Virus record (IMG/VR): IMGVR_UViG_3300033150_001135
Coordinates: 1-64,000 of that record
Length of the DNA stretch: 64,000 bases
DNA from: a virus
Strand: one strand, 5' to 3'
The notes beneath the pieces were generated by a model. It saw only the letters and a program-made list of their open reading frames with translations, did no database searches and had not been told where the DNA came from. Of this stretch, positions 46,838-55,886 are shown piece after piece. Both the position numbers and the translations under genes were made by a program. Position 1 is the first letter of the stretch; every line of letters starts with the position of its first letter.

Positions 46838-46915
46838 GTCGGGAGTTTCTAGGGGTGTGGGTTTTCCTTTTTCTTTCCTCCTTGATCGAAGAGTATCCTG
46901 CACCCCGCTTCCGAC
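46838..46915 (+). ncRNA. Candidate antisense sRNA: hairpin displaying an anti-RBS loop
   Basis: Stems GTCGGGAG/CTTCCGAC and GGGGTGTGGG/CCTGCACCCC; loop contains TTTCTTTCCTCCTTG. Confidence 0.6.
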
Positions 46916-46950
46916 TACCAAGCTAAACAATATAATAAATAAGGATAAGA

Positions 46951-48336
46951 ATGCTACAAATTACAACTAGAAACGTATACTCGTTTCTAAACGATTATAC
47001 AGAAGAGTTAGAAAAAATACTTACAGTTCCTTATCCTAACTACTGGTTTTCACCCCGGTATCGTCAAGGACTTTGGGATGGTAAGCATCACTTCCTAAAA
47101 ATACCGTCGTGTAAGTTTCCTACGGGACTTTTGTTTATTGTTGAAAACTACTGTAAGAAAACCAGTACAAAGTATGAAGTAGTGGATCGTAGAATCGCTA
47201 CTACTATAAGTAAGAAGGAATCAGTAGTACCAAACGATCTACTAGATGGGATAACTTTACGACCTTACCAAGTAGAAGCAGTACAAGCAGCTTTACGAAG
47301 TGGTAGAGGTATTATAGAAGCTCCCACAGGGTCAGGGAAAACAGAAATTGCTATAGCTATTGTAAAAAAGATAGGAGCTAGAACTTTGTTTATGGTTAAT
47401 TCAAAAGATTTGTTGTATCAGACAGCAGAGCGCTTTGAGAAACGGTTACCAGGTACTACGGTGGGCAGAATAGGAGAAGGACTACTTGAAATAGAACCAA
47501 TAACTATAGCTACTGTACAAAGTCTGCTTTCAATTCTAAAACGAGTACCAAGGGAAGGAAAAGACTTGTTAAACTTCTATGAAGTAATGATACAGGATGA
47601 ATGCCATCATTCAAGTTCCATGAATTTCTATAAACTTGCTATGTTTATGCATAATGCTTACTGGAGGTTTGGGTTTTCTGGTACTGCTCTTCGTAGAGAT
47701 GTGTTATCGAATATGAAAGCTATGGCGATAACCGGTCCTGCTATCTACAACATAGAAACTTCTGATCTGATCAAGAAAGGATATCTTTCAGACATTCAGA
47801 TTAAAGTATTAGAGAATTCTGAGATTGTTCATGAAGCTACATGGCAAAAGATATACGAGGCTGGTGTAGTAACCTCTACTACACGGAACGAACTAATAGT
47901 GCAACAGGTTGTAAAAGAATTTAAGAAAAAGAAGAAGGTGATAGTTCTAGTTCGTTACGTAGAGCATGGAAAAATTCTACAAAAGTTGTTGGAAGATCGT
48001 AGTACTCCTGCGTTATTTGTTTGGGGTACCCATGATGGAGGGTATCGTACAGAGGTAAAGGATAAGTTTAATCGTAAAGGAAAGTTCGTACTTATTACTT
48101 CCGACATTTTCTCTGAAGGAGTAGATATTCCAGCTATAGATGTACTTGTAATAGCTTCTGGCGGTAAGTCGGAATGGAAAACTATTCAAAAAGTGGGGAG
48201 AGGCTTGAGAAAGAAAGGAAAAAATGATATACTATTAGTATATGATATTCAGGACAGTAGTAAGTATTTGAAAACTCATAGTAAAGAACGTTTAGAGATA
48301 TATAAGAAAGAAGGTTGGATGGAAGACGAGCAATGA
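46951..48336 (+). CDS. UvsW-like superfamily 2 DNA helicase
   Basis: WDGK N-domain, LRPYQ, APTGSGKT, DECHH, SGT, EGVDIP, QKVGRGLR. Confidence 0.9.
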   Translation: MLQITTRNVYSFLNDYTEELEKILTVPYPNYWFSPRYRQGLWDGKHHFLKIPSCKFPTGLLFIVENYCKKTSTKYEVVDRRIATTISKKESVVPNDLLDGITLRPYQVEAVQAALRSGRGIIEAPTGSGKTEIAIAIVKKIGARTLFMVNSKDLLYQTAERFEKRLPGTTVGRIGEGLLEIEPITIATVQSLLSILKRVPREGKDLLNFYEVMIQDECHHSSSMNFYKLAMFMHNAYWRFGFSGTALRRDVLSNMKAMAITGPAIYNIETSDLIKKGYLSDIQIKVLENSEIVHEATWQKIYEAGVVTSTTRNELIVQQVVKEFKKKKKVIVLVRYVEHGKILQKLLEDRSTPALFVWGTHDGGYRTEVKDKFNRKGKFVLITSDIFSEGVDIPAIDVLVIASGGKSEWKTIQKVGRGLRKKGKNDILLVYDIQDSSKYLKTHSKERLEIYKKEGWMEDEQ

Positions 48337-48684
48337 GATGGCGTAGGTTAAGAGAGAAATATAACGAAGGTAAGCAAGATCATTTCTCCGATCCTTACGA
48401 TTATATTCGGTATCTAAGGAGTATAGGGCAGAGGAGTGAAGCTAGAGAAGTAGAAAAAATACTAAATAGAAAAGCAAAAGAGGCAAACGACGATGAAGAA
48501 GCAACCAAAAATACAAGTATTTAGTTTACCTCAGTTTAAGTATCCTTTTGTAGTTATCGAATTGAGAAATAGGACTTACTGCGGTTTCTATTTTGAGCCC
48601 GAGATTCACCTATGGGAAAGTATAGAGACTAACGTGATGGGGAGGAAGCTGAAGTTTCATGGGAGGGAAAACAACTATGACTAA
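48333..48684 (+). CDS. Two small hypothetical genes (48333-48524, 48493-48684)
   Basis: ORF track. Confidence 0.4.
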
Positions 48685-49048
48685 ACAAATTAAACTCAAG
48701 CCCTGTCCATTTTGTGGCAGTAGTAAGCAGAAATTATTTAATTTTTTCTTGGAGCCACAAATCGAGCCGATTCAAATTCGTTGTGAATATTGTGGAACTC
48801 TTGGCCCGGAAGCACATTCAAGCCAGGGTGCTAAAGAGGCGTGGAATGAAAGGGTAAAGAGAAAAAGGATGAGTAAACAAAGAAGCAAAGAGGAAATAGT
48901 AGGCGATTTTTTACAAAGAACTTCCTATAGAACAAACACTGCCGATATGGCATGGATTTTACGATGGGGTTTTGAATCCTTCCTAGAAGTCTTTTGTGAT
49001 ATTCGGGACAACCTCAAGGGGCAATCCAACGAAGGAGATAAAGAATGA
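48677..49048 (+). CDS. Lar-family (restriction alleviation) Zn-ribbon protein with fused C-terminal extension
   Basis: LKPCPFCG...C..CG..GP...A.EAWN.R. Confidence 0.75.
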   Translation: MTKQIKLKPCPFCGSSKQKLFNFFLEPQIEPIQIRCEYCGTLGPEAHSSQGAKEAWNERVKRKRMSKQRSKEEIVGDFLQRTSYRTNTADMAWILRWGFESFLEVFCDIRDNLKGQSNEGDKE

Positions 49049-49217
49049 GATTAAAGTTTGAAAATATGTGGAAAGGAAGTTCATTGAAAGCTGGCGGGGT
49101 TTTCCCTATTGATATTATTGAGGTTTATTTTGATATTAATCCAGGTTGTAAATATTTCCGTTTAGTCATTTTAAATTTCGTTTTTTCAGTACAGTTTAGG
49201 GGAGGAGATATGATAAA

Positions 49218-49421
49218 ATGACCATAAAGAACCTTTCAAAAAGAAAATGTCCTTACTGTGGTAAGGAGTTTGAGCCTAAAGTTTTTTGGCAAAAGTTTTG
49301 TTGTCCCGAACACCAAAAAGCTTATTGGAATGACATGAGAAAAGGGAATCGTGCCCTAAGGCAAAAAATAATTGAACTAGATAAAGAAATAGAAGAACTA
49401 AAACAAAAAATAAGCAATTAG
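49218..49421 (+). CDS. Small Zn-finger/coiled-coil protein
   Basis: CPYCGKEF...QKFCC..H. Confidence 0.6.
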   Translation: MTIKNLSKRKCPYCGKEFEPKVFWQKFCCPEHQKAYWNDMRKGNRALRQKIIELDKEIEELKQKISN

Positions 49422-49506
49422 TAAGTAGAGCAATTAGCCGGAATGCTTATCATCCCAAAGGAAAAACTTTGACGAAATGGTCTAAAAGATATTGGGAGGG
49501 AAAACT

Positions 49507-49689
49507 ATGACTAAACAAACCAGCTTCAAACCTTGCCCATTTTGTGGGAGTGAGAAAGCGATTTACATGAATAATGTAAGTGAAGGAGTTTATTGGGTTT
49601 TTTGCTTTAGATGTAATGCAACAGGACCACCGAAGGATACCGAAGCAAAAGCATTCGAAGCATGGAATGAAAGGACAGAGAAGGAGTAA
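49507..49689 (+). CDS. Lar-family protein, second paralogue
   Basis: FKPCPFCG...C..C.A.GP...AFEAWN.R. Confidence 0.75.
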   Translation: MTKQTSFKPCPFCGSEKAIYMNNVSEGVYWVFCFRCNATGPPKDTEAKAFEAWNERTEKE

Positions 49690-49693
49690 TCCA

Positions 49694-50101
49694 ATGAAAA
49701 ATAAATCAGAAGAGATTGTTTTAGAGGACCTTACTTGTGGATATAAGCGAATAGCAAAAAAGTTAATCATCCCATCTACAGAAGAAGCGGAAGAAATCAT
49801 CTATATCAGAAGTTTTTACAAGAACTTAGATGGCGAGTGGATTGAAAAGAACGATTCTCCAACATCCCTTGAATTTTCTGATATCATCAAAATTTACGAA
49901 GCCTGGGGGAAGAAAAAAGAAGTCACGGAAAATGATGTGTGGATATTACTTTTTGGACTTCGTGCAATAGAAGATAAGATAGTTACAGAAGAAAACATAA
50001 CGAAATTTCAAACCAATTTTATCACTAACTGGCTTTCTAAACTAGGTATAGAGGTAAAGTCAGAAGGAGAGGCAAATGAAAATAACAAAGGCATGGATTA
50101 A
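49694..50101 (+). CDS. Hypothetical protein, N-terminal PC4-like
   Basis: Start at the motif-embedded ATG; IYIRSFYKNLDGEW. Confidence 0.45.
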   Translation: MKNKSEEIVLEDLTCGYKRIAKKLIIPSTEEAEEIIYIRSFYKNLDGEWIEKNDSPTSLEFSDIIKIYEAWGKKKEVTENDVWILLFGLRAIEDKIVTEENITKFQTNFITNWLSKLGIEVKSEGEANENNKGMD

Positions 50102-50582
50102 AAAATGGAAGCCTTGTGACGAAGCTATAGAGTGGATCGAAGAGCAAGATACGAAAGATGTGTTTGAGTTAATTAGAAAGCTCAGACATTCAAACGTATC
50201 GAACAAGTATGACTGGTTGTTTTGGGCTATACCAAGATTGATAAAGACAAAGAAGGATAAAATCAGATTTGCCTTATATTGTATTGAGTTTGTTACGTTA
50301 CCTATAGTTGAGGAAGAATGTCTTTATGGCAAATGTCATCAAGAAGCAACGAGAGATGTTAAAGATGCTGCTATTCGATATGCCGTTTGGTCTATTGTTG
50401 AGATGACTGAGGCTATTCATTGGGCAACTACTAAAAAAAATAAAATTAGGACTACTAAAGCTGTCACTAAGGTTGTTGCTATAGCCACTAAGGCTGTTAC
50501 TAAGGCTGGTAAGTATGTTGATGAAAAAAGAGATGCGATAGTAGATTATGGGGTTAAGTTATTAAAGGAGCAATCTAACTAA
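50076..50582 (+). CDS. Phage protein with degenerate Ala/Thr/Val repeat tail
   Basis: PCDEAIEW..WL.W..IRFALYC; ACTAAGGCTG-type repeats. Confidence 0.5.
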   Translation: MKITKAWIKKWKPCDEAIEWIEEQDTKDVFELIRKLRHSNVSNKYDWLFWAIPRLIKTKKDKIRFALYCIEFVTLPIVEEECLYGKCHQEATRDVKDAAIRYAVWSIVEMTEAIHWATTKKNKIRTTKAVTKVVAIATKAVTKAGKYVDEKRDAIVDYGVKLLKEQSN

Positions 50583-50594
50583 GAGAGATAAGAA

Positions 50595-52555
50595 ATGAAT
50601 ATGTATCCAACGAAAGAACAATTAGAGAAGATACACGAGATTGACAAACTAAAACTTCCGATAAAGGAAAAAGTCCCTAAAATGCTTTCTCATCTCAAAT
50701 CTATATGGTACTATAATAATTTTTTCATTGACAACGGAAAAGATGGCTTTGAACTCCATACTGGTGGCTGGTCTGGTAACGAGGATATTATATCAGAACT
50801 AAGAAAAACAGCGTTTTGGATTTTTTTCTGGCAGAAGACAGAAAGGGGAGGGCATTATTACTTTGACTATCAAATGGTGAGAATGGATGAAAAGGAACAA
50901 TCCAATGAAGGGGGTAGGAGATGAGAGAAAATTTAAACCCAATGTCTAAGGGGCAAGCTATACTACTAAGCAAGTCAAAATTCTACGAAGATTGGATAGA
51001 TGGGGATATTGTGGCATTTCAATTATTCACAAGCAAACTTTGTATGCCGTTTGGAATACTTCATAAAGCAACGGAAACGGTTTTGAACCGCCCTATATGG
51101 ATTCATGAGTTTGGGTCTAGGGGACATTTACAAGAAGAATTTATTATAAAACTCAAATCTAAAAAAGGAGCAATCCAATAAAGGAGGTAAAAAATGAGTA
51201 GTTATACATATTATCCAGAGGACAGGATTCCTTTTACAAAGAATTCGCCTAGATGTCCTAAGTGCGGTGGAAAAACACAACGAACATACCAGATTGGTGG
51301 GGGAGTGTTTAGTCCTTATCGTGATTCTGATTGGTCAGGGGTTGAGTTTCTAAACGTATATTGCCAAGACTGCACCTACAGATTTCCGCAGTATGTTAAA
51401 ACTCCCAAGAAGGAGCAATCCAACCAAAGGAAGAGTAAATGAAAAAGAAAATGGAACCCGCTGAAGTATGGGTTTATTGTCCCTACTGCGGTACTAAGAG
51501 CTGGTTTGTACTTTCATTGTCTGATACTATGGAACCTGTGTGTCAAAAATGTGGGAGAGAACTGAAGCCTCTTCAGTTACTTAAAGAAGTTATAGGAAAA
51601 AGAGGTAGTAAGAACTTAAATTATAATAGGATAGGAGGTAAGAAATGATAGTTATAACAAGAAACAAAGTGTTTGTTTGGGTATCAACTGTGGGATTTGT
51701 TTGTTTCATACTAGGTTTTTTTCTGGGACTTTATGTGCAACAGAATTATTGTAAATTCCAAATGGAGAGGAGTATGGAAAAAAGTCAAGAACTAGCTACC
51801 TCTTACCATGTACCAGAATCAAGCCCAGATATAGAGAGATTATCAAGATAGATAGAGAGCAATGGAAAAGATACAAAAAAAAGTAAGGGTAGAGGTAAGT
51901 AACCTATATTAACCGTATATGTAAGGAGGATACAAAGTTATGGAACAAAAGTTAAAAGAAAAAATCGATGAGTGGGCAAACAAAGAACCTCGTTCATTAG
52001 TTGAACTTATGCCCGACTATCTAGTGGAAACGATACGAAGAACTCCTGACCTCTTCGCAGCTTCTCGTAATCAGTCAGTAGAAAGATTTCTACGAGACAT
52101 AGGATTCGATGAACCTGCGGTACGGGAAATACTGAGACAAAGGAGAAGGGAGAAAAAGTGTTATGACACAAGTATGTAGAAGGGTATATAAGATTACTGG
52201 TTAGTATCGAGTTCACTCGTGAGACCACGAGAGAACGAGTGCTTTATACCCCAAAAACAACTATTCAACCATTACGAAGGAGTTTCGTATGAAGAGTTCA
52301 CTCAAAGACTTCATCAGTAAATACCAAGAAAAAGAAGTTTCCGAAATACTAAACTCTTGTCTTGGCGGAAGTAACGATCTAGTAAAAGAACTTCTAGAAG
52401 TGCGAGAAATTAAGGAAGCTATCTACAACATATGGGTAGATGGGGTAGTAGGTGGTATTTACTATACGATTGCACGGTCTACCGACCTAGATATACTGGA
52501 GGAGAAGACCGGAACATTTGTGGAGGAAGTAAATGCTTATAACACGAAAACATAA
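50595..52555 (+). CDS. Run of small hypothetical genes (50595-50924, 50921-51181, 51194-51442, 51439-51648, 51645-51851, 51940-52179, 52289-52555)
   Basis: Packed ORFs; ELHTGGWSGNE in the first; Zn ribbons in the third and fourth; TM helix in the fifth. Confidence 0.55.
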
Positions 52556-52910
52556 GGAAGTTCGGAAACCTTGGGGTAAAGAAATATGGTTTGCTAATGG
52601 TCCTTACTACTTGGGAAAACTGCTGATCATAGAACCAGAGCAGAAAAGTAGTTACCATTACCATAAGAATAAGGATGAAACATTCTACGTACAAGAGGGA
52701 ATACTACAACTAGTAACAGATAACAACAAAATATCTATTGTTGGTAAGGGGTATTCAGTTCACATGCCTGCGGGAACTAAACATAGTTTACAAGCATTAA
52801 CGCGTCGAGTAATACTACTTGAGGTTTCTACTTATCATCCTAATGATTCAATACGAGTCAGAGACTACTATGGACGAGAGACTACGATAAGTGATGAAGA
52901 AGAAAGGTAG
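52533..52910 (+). CDS. Cupin (mannose-6-phosphate-isomerase type 2-like)
   Basis: KPWGKE, SYHYHKNKDETF, H..LEVST. Confidence 0.85.
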   Translation: MLITRKHKEVRKPWGKEIWFANGPYYLGKLLIIEPEQKSSYHYHKNKDETFYVQEGILQLVTDNNKISIVGKGYSVHMPAGTKHSLQALTRRVILLEVSTYHPNDSIRVRDYYGRETTISDEEER

Positions 52911-52916
52911 AAGCTA

Positions 52917-53795
52917 ATGTTTAAAGAAGAGAAAATCAAAAAGTTAGAAGACTACTGTATTTTGGAAGGTTATAGAGGCAGTATAGCTCACGGGACTTAC
53001 GATCCTGATTCAGATTTTGACGACAAAGATGTTATGGGAGTTTTTATTCCACCACGTGATGTCGTATTTGGTATCAAGCACATGGGAACCGTAAGTGCTA
53101 TGTGGAGTGAAAAAATTTCGCAGAAAAAAACAATACTGTGGGATTACGTTTACTATACTTTGCCTAAGTACTTGTCGTTACTGGTTAAGCAAAACCCAAA
53201 CGTTATTATGTTGTTGTGGCTGTCCGAAAAGCATTACATCAAAAGAACGCCTCTGGGCAACAAATTAATTGAAAATCGAGAAAAACTCCTATCAAAAGAC
53301 TGTTACCATTCTTTTTGTGGTTATGCTTATGGTCAGCTGCACAGAATGACCCACCATTCATCTACAGGCAGAATGGGTAGTAAAAGAAAAGCTCTTGTTA
53401 AGAAATTTGGATATGATGTAAAGAATGCTAGCCATCTTATTCGGCTTCTTAAGATGGGACTTGAAACGTTAGCCACAGGTGAAATGATTGTAGAACGACC
53501 TGATAATAATATGCTTCTAGAAATCAAACGAGGGGAATGGAGTTTAGATAGAGTAGTAAAGAAATCGGACGAGTTGTTTAAGAGACTAGACGAGGCTCTA
53601 CTAGTTTCAAAACTTGAAAATCACGTAGACCGTGATTTCGTAAACAGGTTGTGTATGGAAATAATGACTGAGTTTTACCACGTTGGAAAGTATAATAAAT
53701 TAGAAGACCTTACAAATAAGAAAGTATTCTTTACTCCAGATACTCTAGAGTTTACTAGAAGAGAGATGCTAAAACTTAGGAAGAGAGGTAAGTAG
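52917..53795 (+). CDS. Pol-beta-superfamily nucleotidyltransferase (RlaP/YcgL-like)
   Basis: GSIAHG...DFDDKDVMG, NPN, GYDVKNASHLIRL. Confidence 0.85.
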   Translation: MFKEEKIKKLEDYCILEGYRGSIAHGTYDPDSDFDDKDVMGVFIPPRDVVFGIKHMGTVSAMWSEKISQKKTILWDYVYYTLPKYLSLLVKQNPNVIMLLWLSEKHYIKRTPLGNKLIENREKLLSKDCYHSFCGYAYGQLHRMTHHSSTGRMGSKRKALVKKFGYDVKNASHLIRLLKMGLETLATGEMIVERPDNNMLLEIKRGEWSLDRVVKKSDELFKRLDEALLVSKLENHVDRDFVNRLCMEIMTEFYHVGKYNKLEDLTNKKVFFTPDTLEFTRREMLKLRKRGK

Positions 53796-54140
53796 AGAAT
53801 GATTATCTACGTTTGCAACTGTGGTTCAAAACTTGTAGTTGAGGAGAATACTGAAAAAAGTAGACGTAACAAGGTTCGATGGAAGAGGAAACATAGTAAA
53901 GGATCGCATCGTTGGGTTAGACGAACGGTTCGAGAAAAACAAAGCAGAGGAGAAAAGTAGAATGACAAAACCTATATATACTCAACTTTGGTTTCGTAAA
54001 AACCTTGAAAGTAGAATAGAATACCGTAAGTATTTGTATGGATTTTTCCCACTATGTCGTAAATGTAAGCATTCCTGTAAAGTAGTACAAGAACCGGAGG
54101 TTAAGTTTATATGTACCAGGTTCGAATCTATGGAGAAGAA

Positions 54141-54428
54141 ATGAACATTACAATTAATAAGTCATCAGTTACTGAGAACCGAGTTTTGAAGAAGTTAAGA
54201 AACGTTCATACAGCAGCATTACCAGTTTTAATTTCTTTGTTTGTTCACTCGGAGAATGGTAGATTAGTTACTATAAAAATTGATCAACTTTGTTTCGAGA
54301 CTGGATATTCTTGGGGAGCGGTATGTGATGCGTTGAAGTGTTTACAAGATGCTGAAGTAGTGGAAGGTGCACGATTCGAAAAAGAGGGTGGCAAAACCTA
54401 CTTGCTAAAAGATATTAATAAGTTATAG
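54141..54428 (+). CDS. Winged helix-turn-helix protein
   Basis: IKIDQLCFETGYSWGAVCDALKCL. Confidence 0.6.
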   Translation: MNITINKSSVTENRVLKKLRNVHTAALPVLISLFVHSENGRLVTIKIDQLCFETGYSWGAVCDALKCLQDAEVVEGARFEKEGGKTYLLKDINKL

Positions 54429-54445
54429 AGAAGGAGTAGAAAACG

Positions 54446-54709
54446 ATGCATTTAACGAAAGATCAAGAAAAAAGAAGGAAGCAAATGTACTTAGACTTAG
54501 AGGAGGATAGAAAGTGGTTTGAGGCAAAAGTTAGTAATGAAATTATACAAAAAATGGGACGAGTTTCTTTGTATAAGAAAGCAATAGCAGAAATTAAGAA
54601 AGTTATGAGTAAGGAATGGATGGAAGAAAATTTTTCAGAACTTGTAGAATTTACGAAGAAACGACCGTATATGGAACAGTTAACTAGTATACAAAGAAGG
54701 AAGAAATAA
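54446..54709 (+). CDS. Hypothetical protein
   Basis: AAGGAG RBS. Confidence 0.5.
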   Translation: MHLTKDQEKRRKQMYLDLEEDRKWFEAKVSNEIIQKMGRVSLYKKAIAEIKKVMSKEWMEENFSELVEFTKKRPYMEQLTSIQRRKK

Positions 54710-54715
54710 TGGGTG

Positions 54716-55080
54716 ATAGAATATATATTTTATATTCTATACTCTGGAAAAATATAGAATATAAGTTCTATATTCTATCTTCTTCACTTGTCAGAGGCGA
54801 AAATGAAAAATAGAATATACATGCTATATTCTATGCTTTGGAAAAATATAGAATATAAGTTCTATATTCTATCTGTAGCTAGAAATTTTCGTTTTCACCC
54901 CCCCGTTTTAACCTCTTATAATATATATAATAAACGATACAATGAACGTTTACCACTCGTGGTAAACGTTTTATACGTTACTAACTATTCCTCCTATCCT
55001 CTTATATACACATTTAGAATATCTAAAGATATTCTTCTTTTAGTATATAAGAGGAGCGAAGTGAACTTTCGTCACTTCGC
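54716..55080. other. Putative replication origin: four palindromic iterons plus hairpins
   Basis: ATAGAATATA-N5-TATATTCTAT at 54716, 54754, 54810, 54848; hairpins AACGTTTACCAC-TC-GTGGTAAACGTT and GCGAAGTGA..TCACTTCGC. Confidence 0.65.
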
Positions 55081-55133
55081 ATATCTACTACCACCACTTA
55101 AAAAAGAGCTTCTTAGAAAAGGGAAACAAGACG

Positions 55134-55886
55134 ATGGACATACAACTAAGTAAAGAACAAATAGAAACATTCGAAACAATTCGTGACCTCTTATGGTTCT
55201 ACTCACGAGAGTACTTTAGAGCGGAACCTTTACTTCCTTCGTTACCAAAGCAGGAACGGTTGAACGTATACTGTAAGAAACGTAGAAGAAAGAAACTGAG
55301 TAAAGTTTCTAAGATGGAACGAGACAAGTTGAGGAAGTTTACTCGTATACTTGCTTTAGTAGAGGAACTCGACGTACCTCTTCGAACTTTTATCCATGTA
55401 CAAGTTAGAGCTCTTGCAACTATTCAACCTACCACACTTCCACGGTTAGGTAATCTTTCCTCCGAGTTGTCGAAGAGTAGGTTCCACCAGTTCTCTACAG
55501 AGAAGGAACGTTCCATCGGAGCAGACGGGAAAAGAAAACAACTTGAATCTAAAGAACCGGAAGTTAAGTATCTTATCGCGGCATCGGTAAAATTACTTCT
55601 ACGTCGTCTCTGCTTGATTATGGAAGAACAAGGACAAGTTCCCCCTCTTCACGTAGTTATAGAGGAGTTACGACTTCTTCTTTCATCACGAAGAATTTCG
55701 AAACTTTACTTGCTAGTTTCACCAGTAGTAGAACATGATCTTGAGTTACGAAAGGAACGAATAAAACTAAGTGAACGAGTAAGTAAGAAAACTATAGAAG
55801 AGATAGAAAGTGCAACTAAGTCGTTAGAGTTAGAAAACGAGTTAAACGATACTAAAGTGAAGGAGTTACTACAATATGTCATCTAA
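55134..55886 (+). CDS. Hypothetical replication-associated protein
   Basis: Lies between the iterons and the helicase; overlaps the helicase start. Confidence 0.5.
   Translation: MDIQLSKEQIETFETIRDLLWFYSREYFRAEPLLPSLPKQERLNVYCKKRRRKKLSKVSKMERDKLRKFTRILALVEELDVPLRTFIHVQVRALATIQPTTLPRLGNLSSELSKSRFHQFSTEKERSIGADGKRKQLESKEPEVKYLIAASVKLLLRRLCLIMEEQGQVPPLHVVIEELRLLLSSRRISKLYLLVSPVVEHDLELRKERIKLSERVSKKTIEEIESATKSLELENELNDTKVKELLQYVI

Larger units (their letters stand above)
49016..51423 (+). repeat. Six copies of the gene-junction motif AAGGAGCAATCCAA (0-1 mismatch)
   Basis: 49016, 49681, 50565, 50892, 51165, 51410. Confidence 0.9.

Noticed and set aside
46743-46970. 75-aa ORF over the anti-RBS hairpin, and a minus-strand reading of the loop as an RBS
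   Set aside because: The ORF has no RBS and low-complexity composition; on the minus strand the nearest ATG is over 40 nt from the GGAGG, too far for initiation.
54745-54874. 36-bp exact direct repeat pair resembling CRISPR repeats
   Set aside because: Only two exact copies, the intervening DNA is another copy of the same palindrome, spacing is irregular and there are no cas genes; better explained as iterons.
54788-55153. 121-aa ORF across the iterons
   Set aside because: TTG start without RBS; it is a translation of AT-rich palindromes.
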